Source: Paramoeba atlantica (taxonomy: Eukaryota > Protista > Discosea). From it: a stretch of 64,000 nt of DNA. The DNA lies in assembly GCA_977017575.1 (NCBI GenBank), contig CDRNVI010000058.1, positions 62,001 to 126,000 of the forward strand. Reading direction: 5' to 3'. The notes under the pieces were generated by a model. That model was not told the DNA's origin, did not search any database, and saw nothing but the letters and a program-made list of their open reading frames with translations. Positions 41,290 through 51,400 of the stretch are shown piece by piece. A program made the translations under genes and the position numbers. Numbering within the stretch: the stretch's first letter is position 1; each line of letters starts with the position of its first letter.

Positions 41290-41649
41290 ATTCCTGAACA
41301 GCAACATGGTACGAGAAGCACACGTATCTTATTCAACAAGACCCTATATTGATCACGTCTTTACAAAGCGCATGAGAGACTAATGGGGTAGAGACCCCAA
41401 AGCTTGGAGGCGTGACGCGGTGGTGTAATGACAAATTTATGTGCATGCAGTTACTTGCAAAAAATATGGACACTGTAGCCTCGTTTGTGCAGAGTAAAAG
41501 CGAGAAGGGAAAAGCTTCGAACTCGATTTTGAAATGCAAGCGTGTGTTAGATCGTTTCGGTGCATCTCTTATCGAAGCTGGTTGCATTTCTTTTCTCAAT
41601 GAATGTAACTGGTACTTAGTACGTACTATCCGTACTAAGGGGATGTATG
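41290..41649 (+). mobile_element. 3' fragment of the hAT-like family with terminus
   Basis: ETPKLGGVTRWCNDKFMCMQLLAKNMDTV versus ETPKLGGITRWCQDKFVAMEFIANNIDTI at 4400-4490. Ends in CGTACTAAGGGGATGTATG (41631-41649). Confidence 0.8.
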
Positions 41650-41712
41650 TTAGTACAGAAAACTTGACAATTTCGAAAATATGATTCTAGAACGAAAAAC
41701 ATTACGCCGAAG

Positions 41713-42261
41713 CTACGACGATGTATCAAATGGTCTGTCATCTGCACGCCATGCGTGCCATGCTTGTTTTGGATCTCTGACCGCTTCCTCTGTAGGAGGC
41801 TCAAGCTCCTCATGCTTCATTTTAAAATTCTTCACGTAAAGTGTTTGATGCAAGAGAGCTTGCCGTCGTGCCAGCCATCCAAGCAAAAGTGATATACCAA
41901 AAAACATGGCAAGTACATCCCAACCATCGGTTAAACTTTCCTTAGATGTGCTCACTCGATTATATCCGGACCCCTCATCATGAGTTACTCGATTGCATTC
42001 GATGGGTTTCCGCAACGGGTCATCAGCATACCTATCCAATAATTTGTAGGACTCTTGTAACAGACGAAAATTCTCATTGGTACCACCGTGATCAGGATGG
42101 TGCTTCAAAAGTAGCTGCCGATATTTCTTCTTTAACCTTGTTCGGCTGACAGACTCATTTAATTTAAATCCGAACAACCCAAAGGCCTGTGATATTTTTA
42201 CGCCATCTGCAGGAGTGAATACATCACTTTGACGACACAGTAGCTGAGCACTCCTTATCAT
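41713..42261 (-). CDS. J-domain (DnaJ) protein with TM helix, likely mitochondrial
   Basis: LKKKYRQLLLKHHPDHGG..NFRLLQESYKLL (HPD motif); TM VLAMFFGISLLLGWL; MIRS.. presequence-like start. Confidence 0.82.
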   Translation of the reverse strand: MIRSAQLLCRQSDVFTPADGVKISQAFGLFGFKLNESVSRTRLKKKYRQLLLKHHPDHGGTNENFRLLQESYKLLDRYADDPLRKPIECNRVTHDEGSGYNRVSTSKESLTDGWDVLAMFFGISLLLGWLARRQALLHQTLYVKNFKMKHEELEPPTEEAVRDPKQAWHAWRADDRPFDTSS

Positions 42262-42656
42262 GGCCTCTCTCTAGGACACATTTATTCCCATGTAAACATG
42301 ACTACTACTGTAGGTAAAACGAATACTTTGCATTGTACAGTAGCTCGTAGCTTTGTAAATATATGCCAAGGTGATTTAGGCAAGTAGATAAGAGAAATGT
42401 ACCATTCTTAATGTTTCAAATTCCCAATTAGGGTCAAGAAAACGATGTAAAAGCAGTATGTTGTTTCTATTCTAGTCACAAAAATGGTGATAATCAAGCT
42501 AAAAAAAGCTACAGAAAATTATTATCGAGATAAAGTTCTCGCAAAATGACGGTTTTTGAGCAATTAAAAATGAAGTACAACACATTGTACTTCAGTAGAA
42601 AAGACGGTGTTGACCGAACAGTGGGACGTGGAACGTTAAAAGTACTCTACCGAACT

Positions 42657-45071
42657 CTAAGTAGGAACGAGGCTCGCCTTTGCAAGAATGGCTGCGACAT
42701 CACGTGCCACTCCAGTTTTTCCAAGTGAAAAGTGATCTTCTAGAATTTCATTGTAAGTCTTCACATGATCTGTGGTCCTCTCTTTTCGATACTTCTTAGG
42801 CTTATATTCTCCTTTATTTTCGACCGTCATACAAAAGGTATTTTTTGACAATGAACCAAGACACTGTTTCGTAGTCCTCATTTTCTTTTCAAAACCGATG
42901 GCATTCTTGTCTACGCGAACGGCACGGGGGGTGAGTCCTCTTACAGTCATCTGCCTGGGATCGCGTACTCGACTCAGAGCCACGTAGGCAAGATGGTCGC
43001 AATTCCAATGATCGGAGAGGTCCAGAACCACCTTCCCTTCGAGTGTCAGACCCTGTACCTTGTGTACGGTAAAAGCGTAGCCGAGACAGAGAGGAATACA
43101 CACCAGAGAGATGCCAAAGTACTTATCTATAGGCCTGCCTCCGATAACCATTGCGACGGGAGGAACCGTCATGGTCTCCCCGTTGGGGAACTCCACAATA
43201 GGATAGTGAAACACCGTCTCCCCGCGACTCATCATCTCCTGCTCATAGAGTTCAATGCCCTGTTTGAAGTACTGTATCGAATATGTATTCTCTTTAGGAA
43301 GTTCTCCAAACCCCACCACGCGACCAACGGAACCGTTTACCAGAGTATGCGAAAAATTCTTTCGTAACATAACGCGAACTCCTTTTTTTAAAAGGAACTC
43401 ACGATGCATTGTTTCACTCCCCAGTTGACTTTGAAGTGGTCGTATGTACCGCGTCGGTACGATATGGGGACTTACTTCCTTCACAAATGTCGCACTGGTG
43501 ATTTTCAAAACCTCTAACATTTTTACGTACACCACATGCGAGAAACGCTTTGAGGGTACCGTAAACCCAGGACCGGGGTCAACTTCTCCAAGTCGGGCTC
43601 GAAAGCCTACCAGAAACCCTTTGCTCGTGACGCCCTCCTCCCTGGGCGCCACCACCTCATCCATCAGCAGGGCGCACGCCTCACACACCCCGGGGGGGAC
43701 GCCAAAGTCCAAAAATATCCTCTCGAGCTTGTGCTCTACTTTTGCACGCATTTTGTTCATCCACATCCCCAGGTTCGCGTAGGGTATATTCACACGAAAG
43801 ACGGCCACCTGGGTCCAGCACCCGACCAGCTCCACGTCGCTGATAATACTCGAGTACCGCACCATGGGGCCCGGGGTACGGTGGAGCATGCGGTCGTTAC
43901 GCTCCTGAGCCGGGGCGTTCTTGAAATACAAATACGTCGCTTCCGGAATCTCCGGCAGGGGCTCGTCAAGCGAGAGGTGTTTCACACTCTCGTTGAACAG
44001 GTCGGTGTTTAAGACTCCTTTGCGGAGTTTCTGAAGCACGTGAAGAAAGTTGCTGTCCTTGGATTCCTCGAGATGGGCACGTAGCCTGTGGTTGGTGGTT
44101 AGTTTCACGTGCAGGAAGCGTTTCATGAAGAGACGGCTTTTAAAGAGGGATTGGTTGCCAGGGACAGTGCCCAACTGAAGAAAATCACCACAAAGAATGA
44201 TTTGCAAGCCACCAAACGGAGAATTATTACCTCGCGCCGCTCGACAGCAACGATCTAATTTTTCGAGCATCTGCCAAGGGAGCATCGAAACCTCATCGAT
44301 GAGGAGCGCATCGTATTGCTTCATGGCTGCCCTTCTGTTGACGTTAAAACCAAAAATGTGCTGTAGGGTGTTGCCATCGACATTGATGGCTGCTACCCCA
44401 GTGGTAGCTGTAACACACACGTCAAGCCCACGGGACATTAAAGTTTGCGCAATAAACCGAACCAGCGCAGTTTTCCCGGTACCAGCTGATCCCCCAATGT
44501 ATATGTTATGACCCTTTATGACAAGTTCTAACACCGTTCGCTGTTCGTCGCATAGCGGAAGCTTTGTGATTTGTTTTCCGCACTTAAGAACCTGCTTCGC
44601 AGGAGCGTATTCGACCCCGTTCGTAGGATCTTCGGGGAGAGAGACTACTTCCCCTAACGAGAGATCACTTTCAGGAGGCCTGAGTGATAGAGAAATTGCT
44701 GCGTTGTCTATATTCATCACTGTATTTCTCGACATATCCATGTTTTGGAAGGCCACAGGTACGGTGGGACTTGCTAGTAAATAATTTTTAATACTGTCCT
44801 TGAATGATTCCAAGTTCGCGCTATTTAGTGCGTTCTCCTCAAGTGTTTTTCGCAATGTTGCAGGTAACTCCTTAAGATATTTAGAAAGGAATACAGAATG
44901 TCCTTTCCTTCTCAATATCGTCGATGCAGCATTCGAAAATTTGGACTCATCATCAATTGAGACTAATCCAGTTTCAGGATGGCGTAGAAATCCCATTTGT
45001 CGCATGCTGTGAGGTGTGCACGTACGAAAAGGTCTATGGTACTTTCTACAACGAGGGATGCTCCGGAACAT
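42657..45071 (-). CDS. PIF1: PIF1-family helicase, probably mitochondrial
   Basis: GGSAGTGKT, TATTGVAA, DEVSM, GDFLQL, GYAFTVHKVQGLTL, YVALSRV; basic N-terminal presequence. Confidence 0.92.
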   Translation of the reverse strand: MFRSIPRCRKYHRPFRTCTPHSMRQMGFLRHPETGLVSIDDESKFSNAASTILRRKGHSVFLSKYLKELPATLRKTLEENALNSANLESFKDSIKNYLLASPTVPVAFQNMDMSRNTVMNIDNAAISLSLRPPESDLSLGEVVSLPEDPTNGVEYAPAKQVLKCGKQITKLPLCDEQRTVLELVIKGHNIYIGGSAGTGKTALVRFIAQTLMSRGLDVCVTATTGVAAINVDGNTLQHIFGFNVNRRAAMKQYDALLIDEVSMLPWQMLEKLDRCCRAARGNNSPFGGLQIILCGDFLQLGTVPGNQSLFKSRLFMKRFLHVKLTTNHRLRAHLEESKDSNFLHVLQKLRKGVLNTDLFNESVKHLSLDEPLPEIPEATYLYFKNAPAQERNDRMLHRTPGPMVRYSSIISDVELVGCWTQVAVFRVNIPYANLGMWMNKMRAKVEHKLERIFLDFGVPPGVCEACALLMDEVVAPREEGVTSKGFLVGFRARLGEVDPGPGFTVPSKRFSHVVYVKMLEVLKITSATFVKEVSPHIVPTRYIRPLQSQLGSETMHREFLLKKGVRVMLRKNFSHTLVNGSVGRVVGFGELPKENTYSIQYFKQGIELYEQEMMSRGETVFHYPIVEFPNGETMTVPPVAMVIGGRPIDKYFGISLVCIPLCLGYAFTVHKVQGLTLEGKVVLDLSDHWNCDHLAYVALSRVRDPRQMTVRGLTPRAVRVDKNAIGFEKKMRTTKQCLGSLSKNTFCMTVENKGEYKPKKYRKERTTDHVKTYNEILEDHFSLGKTGVARDVAAILAKASLVPT

Positions 45072-45489
45072 GATTTTTGGCGAGGATCTTAGAACTTTCT
45101 CACTGTAAATATAAATATTTTTGTATCTACTGTTTCATGCAATATTTTCATTTGCTTTGCGAATGGCTGGAATGTGAAAAGTGGAATTAGCCAAAAACCA
45201 ATACAAAAATGTATTTATTTCTCTCACCAGCTTCTCGACTGATCATAGTGTCTGTCCACTATCACATTATTTAATATCAATAATTAAGAAAGCTCGCCGA
45301 GTAGCGAGCTTCTGTGCATCGAGCAAATTGGCATCGAGTAATTATATCGAATAATAGCAACACAACCATCATAAAGGGCTGCTAATATGTTTGCTGCATA
45401 CATGTGTAGTGCAAGTCAGCTACCGCCCAGCAAATTCTGGATAGTGGAGTGTAAAGGTTACAAAGAAAAATTCTCTAAATTCTTTCAGA

Positions 45490-48400
45490 TTAGTCAAAAG
45501 ATAAGTCATGCATACATGTAGGTGTTTTGTGACGGTAATTCACAGTTTTCTCTTTACACATTTTTCGTGTTGAATGGTTGGTAAATACGGGAATACGACG
45601 CTCCGGATTACGAGATAAACTTTCGTGTTGAACAAGAATTTTATGACTTATTCTGCGTGATTCTTTTCTGGAATCTATTTTAGGATCCCTAGACTTGCTT
45701 GAGAGACCCTTTTGCACATTTGATTCCACGATCTGAAGTCTGTGGGGTGATGTTACGTCCGTTTTACCACTTACCCGAGACAACAAAATTTGTCGACTCT
45801 TTCCGACCGTTTCATTTGGACGTAAGAATGACCTTTGTGCAGTACTTTGCTTTTGTTTACCTGATATTCTCAAGTTTTCCTTAATAGCTTTATGAGATTC
45901 AGAATTTCCAAAAGAAAACGGACCCGGTTCCAACACATCGCGTTTTCGGAGCAAAGCATTGCCGATTGTTTTTTCCTTAATCCCAATATGCGATTGCCTT
46001 GAGCTTGTGTAATTCTGTACCTTGGAGTAAGACTTTCTCTTTTGGGGTCGGGTTCTTGACTGTCTCTTTTCAATCCCAGTAAGCGATTGCCTTGATAGCG
46101 CAGAATTCTGCATCTTTGAATAAGACTCTTTTTTCAGGGGTTGGGCACTTGCCTTCTTGTGCTTAGTCCCAATCTGCGACTGCCTTAGCATCGCTAAATT
46201 CTGCACCTCAGAGTAAAACGCTTTCTTTTGGGGTCGGATGTTTGACTGTCTATCTTCGGTCCCAATGTGCAGCTCCCTTGCTCTTGGAAAACTCTGCATC
46301 ATCGGATAAAACTCCTTCCTTTGGGGTCGGGCGCTCGCCTTTTTGTTTCTAGTCCCAATCTGCGACTGCGCTGGGCTTGCAAAATTCTGCACCTTGGAGT
46401 AAGACTCTCTCTTTTGGGGTCGGGTGCTTGACTGTCTGTTTTCAATCCCAATGAGCGATTGCCTTGATAACGCAGAATTCTGCATCTTTGAATACGACTC
46501 CTTTTTCTGGGGTTGGGTGCTTGACTGCTTGTGTTCAGCCCCAATTTGCGTCTGCCTTGGTATCGCAAAATTCTGCACCTCAGGGTAAAACGCTTTCTTT
46601 TGGGGTCGGATGCTTGGCTGTCTGCTTTCAATCCCAATCTGCGACTGCGCTGGGCTCGCAAAATTCTGCACCTTGGAGTAAGACTCTCTCTTTTGGGGTC
46701 CGGTGCTAAACTGTCTATTTTTAGTCCCAATATCCGACCCCCTTGCTCTTGAAAAACTCTGCATCTTCGGATAAAACTCTTTCCTTTGGGGCTGGATGCT
46801 TGCCACCTTTTGATACTTTAATGAACCCGGAGAATTACTGGAACTTATCTTAGATTTCTGTTTTAATCTCAAGGGCAACAAGCCAGCAATAGGAGAGATG
46901 AAGCTTCGAAGGGGAGATTTTTCTTCCCCCTTTTCAGACAGCCCTACATACTTTTTCTTGCATATTTTTCCGACTTCATTCCTCGGTACACTAGTCGACA
47001 GAGTTACAGACTTTCTGTGGGGGATTGATTTCGCTTTGGTATGATTTCGATCAACGCGATAAGAAGTCCTCGATATTCCACGGGATTCCGTTAACCCATG
47101 AGGGAGTGGTTTCGCTTTGCTCTGCCTTCGATCAACACGAGAAGAAGTCTTCGGTATTCCATCGGATTTCGTTGACCTAAGGGTTCCTCTGGCGACGATT
47201 TGCTTCACGTTCAATTTTTCACCCATTCCGGATTTTGGTACGTTCTGCTCATTCGCGAGATACTTCTTTCTCGGTGCTTTGGAGACAGTTTTAACATTAC
47301 CCTTTTTACAACTATGTTTGGCTCCTGTGTAAAGGAGCGAAACCATTTGAATAAGTGAAGATACTTCGCTTGTACACGCAACATTGCACTTGCGGAATAT
47401 CTCAAACAATTTAGGAACATGCATATGTTTCAAGAGACTACCCCTTGTAGATGACCCCGCAATAAGTGAAACGCCTAAAACCAGCGTGAGAACGCGACAA
47501 ATTTCGCTCTTCTCCACATCAGACAGAGAAGTATTTTTGTTGCCAAGCAGTGCCGTCAGAACAATCAAAAGGTTTTCACAGTTCGGATTACCATTGCTTT
47601 CGTTAGCAGACTTCTCCCGAACATTCTCCACTTCCACGGAACGTGAATCAACAACAGCACGTTTCCCCGTATCAGTTTCCGATTTCTCTTTTGCAGCTAC
47701 TCCCAACGTTGTATCTCCGGAACTTGTTTCCAAAACAGGCAGCACATTATCCGAAATAGTACCCGGCGGGTGGCTCTTCACACGCTCGGATTGACAAGTA
47801 AGTTTCGTACTCCCGGATGAATCCAACGAGAGGCTCTGGGGTTCATCGTCCAAATCGACCTCCACAGATTCCACCATTGAGACAACCTTGGATGGGGTAG
47901 GAGTGGGTTTGCTGACCGACCCTGTTGGCTTCGTTGTGCTTGCCACAGGCTTTGGTGCAGATGCAGCAGGTTTCGGTGGAGCGGGTATGAAATCATCGTC
48001 CTCATCATCATCAAAGTTGAACTGTGGCTTGGAGGCAACCTTGGATGGGGTAGGAGTGGGTTTGCTGACCGTCTCTCCTGGCTTCCTTGTGCTTGCCACA
48101 GGTTTTGGTACGGATACAGAAGGTTTCGGTGGAGCGGGTATGAAGTCATCGTCTTCATCATCAAAGCTGAGCTGTGGCTTGGAGGCAACCTTGGATGAGG
48201 TAGGAGTGGGTTTGCTGACCGTCTCTGTTGGCATCGCTGTGCTCGCCCCAGGTTTTGGTACAGATGTAGCAGGTTTCGGTGGAGCGGGTATGAAGTCATC
48301 GTCCTCATCATCATCAAAGTTGAACTGTGGCTTGGAGGCAACCTTGGATGGGGTAGGAGTGGGTTTGCTGACCGTCTCTGTTGACTTCGTTGTGCTTGCT

Positions 48401-51400
48401 ACAGGCTTTGGTGCAGATGTAGCAGGTTTCGGTGGAGCGGGTATGAAGTCATCGTCTTCATCATCAAAGCTGAGCTGTGGCTTGGAGGCAAACTTGGATG
48501 GGGCAGGAGTGGGTTTGCTGACCGTCTCTGTTGGCATCGCTGTGCTCGCCCCAGGTTTTGGTACAGATGTAGCAGGTTTCGGTGGAGCGGGTATGAAATC
48601 ATCGTCCTCATCATCATCAAAGCTGAACTGTGGCTTGGAGGCAACCTTGGATGGGGTAGGAGTGGGTTTGCTGACTGTTTCCCCTCGCTTCGTTGTGCTT
48701 GCCACAGGCTTTGGTGCAGACGCAGCAGGTTTCGGTGGAGCGGGTATGAAGTCATCGTCCTCATCATCATCAAAGCTGAGCTGTGGCTTGGAGGCAACCT
48801 TGGATGGGATAGGAGTGGGTTTGCTGACCGTCTCTGTTGACTTCGTTGTGCTTGCTACAGGCTTTGGTGCAGATGCAGCAGGTTTCGGTGGAGCGGGTAT
48901 GAAGTCATCGTCCTCATCATCATCAAAGCTGAGCTGTGGCTTGGAGGCAACCTTGGATGGGATAGGAGTGGGTTTGCTGACCGTCTCTGTTGACTTCGTT
49001 GTGCTTGCTACAGGCTTTGGTGCAGATGTAGCAGGTTTCGGTGGAGCGGGTATGAAGTCATCGTCCTCATCATCATCAAAGCTGGACTGTGGCTTGGAGG
49101 CAACCTTGGATGGGATAGGAGTGGGTTTGCTGACCGTCTCTGTTGACTTCGTTGTGCTTGCTACAGGCTTTGGTGCAGATGTAGCAGGTTTCGGTGGAGC
49201 GGGTATGAAGTCATCGTCCTCATCATCATCAAAGCTGGACTGTGGCTTGGAGGCAACCTTGGATGGGGTAGGAGTGGGTTTGCTGACCGTCTCTGTTGAC
49301 TTCGTTGTGCTTGCTACAGGCTTTGGTGCAGATGTAGCAGGTTTTGGTGGAGCGGGTATGAAATCATCGTCTTCATCATCAAAGCTGAGCTGTGGCTTGG
49401 AGGCAACCTTGGATGGGATAGGAGTGGGTTTGCTGACCGTCTCTGTTGACTTCGTTGTGCTTGCCACAGGCTTTGGTGCAGATGTAGCAGGTTTCGGTGG
49501 AGCGGGTATGAAATCATCGTCCTCATCATCATCAAAGTTGAGCTGTGGCTTGGAGGCAACCTTGGATGGGGTAGGAGCGGGTTTGCTGACCGTCTCTGTT
49601 GGCTTCGTTGTGCTTGCCACAGGCTTTGGTGCAGATGCAGCAGGTTTCGGTGGAGCGGGTATGAAATCATCGTCCTCATCATCATCAAAGTTGAGCTGTG
49701 GCTTGGAGGCAACCTTGGATGGGGTAGGAGTGGGTTTGCTGACCGTCTCTGTTGACTTCGTTGTGCTTGCTACAGGCTTTGGTGCAGATGTAGCAGGTTT
49801 CGGTGGAGCGGGTATGAAATCATCGTCCTCTTCATCATCAAAGCTGAGCTGTGGCTTGGAGGCAACCTTGGATGGGGTAGGAGCGGGTTTGCTGACCGTC
49901 TCTGTTGGCTTCGTTGTGCTTGCCACAGGCTTTGGTGCAGATGTAGCAGGTTTTGGTGGAGCGGGTATGAAATCATCGTCTTCATCATCAAAGCTGAGCT
50001 GTGGCTTGGAGGCAACCTTGGATGGGATAGGAGTGGGTTTGCTGACCGTCTCTGTTGACTTCGTTGTGCTTGCCACAGGCTTTGGTGCAGATGTAGCAGG
50101 TTTCGGTGGAGCGGGTATGAAATCATCGTCCTCATCATCATCAAAGTTGAGCTGTGGCTTGGAGGCAACCTTGGATGGGGTAGGAGCGGGTTTGCTGACC
50201 GTCTCTGTTGGCTTCGTTGTGCTTGCCACAGGCTTTGGTGCAGATGCAGCAGGTTTCGGTGGAGCGGGTATGAAATCATCGTCCTCATCATCATCAAAGT
50301 TGAGCTGTGGCTTGGAGGCAACCTTGGATGGGGTAGGAGTGGGTTTGCTGACCGTCTCCGTTGACTTCGTTGTGCTTGCCACAGGCTTTGGTGCTGATGC
50401 AGCAGGTTTCGGTGGAGCGGGTATGAAATCATCGTCCTCATCATCATCAAAGCTGAGCTGTGGCTTGGAGGCAACCTTGGATGAGGTAGGAGTGGGTTTG
50501 CTGACTGTCTCTGTTGGCTTTGCTGTGCTCGCCACAGGCTTTGGTGCAGATGCAACAGGTTTCGGTGGAGCGGGTATGAAGTCATCGTCCTCATCATCAT
50601 CAAAGCTGAACTGTGGCTTGGAGGCAACCTTGGATGGGGCAGGAGTGGGTTTGCTGACCGTCTCTGTTGGCTTCGTTGTGCTTGCCACAGGCTTTGGTGC
50701 AGATGTAGCAGGTTTCGGTGGAGCGGGTATGAAATCATCGTCCTCATCATCATCAAAGCTGAGCTGTGGCTTGGAGGCAACCTTGGATGAGGTAGGAGTG
50801 GGTTTGCTGACCGTCTCTGTTGGCTTTGCTGTGCTCGCCACAGGCTTTGGTGCAGATGCAACAGGTTTCGGTGGAGCGGGTATGAAGTCATCGTCTTCAT
50901 CATCAAAGCTGAACTGTGGCTTGGAGGCAACCTTGGATGGGGTAGGAGTGGGTTTGCTGACCGTCTCTGTTGACTTCGTTGTGCTCGCCACAGGTTTTGG
51001 TACAGATGCAGCAGGTTTCGGTGGAGCGGGTATGAAATCATCGTCCTCATCATCATCAAAGCTGAACTGTGGTTTGGAGGCAACCTTGGATGGGATAGGA
51101 GTGGGTTTGCTGACCGTCTCTGTTGGCTTCGTTGTGCTTGCTACAGGTTTTAGTGCAGATGCAACAGGTTTCGGTGGAGCGGGTATGAAGTCATCGTCCT
51201 CATCATCATCAAAGCTGAACTGTGGCTTGGAGGCAACCTTGGATGAGGTAGGAGTGGGTTTGCTGACCGTCTCTGTTGGCTTCGTTGTGCTTGCCACAGG
51301 TTTTGGTGCAGATGCAGCAGGTTTCGGTGGAGCGGGTATGAAGTCATCGTCCTCATCATCACCAAAGCTGAACTGTGGCTTGGAGGCAACCTTGGATGGG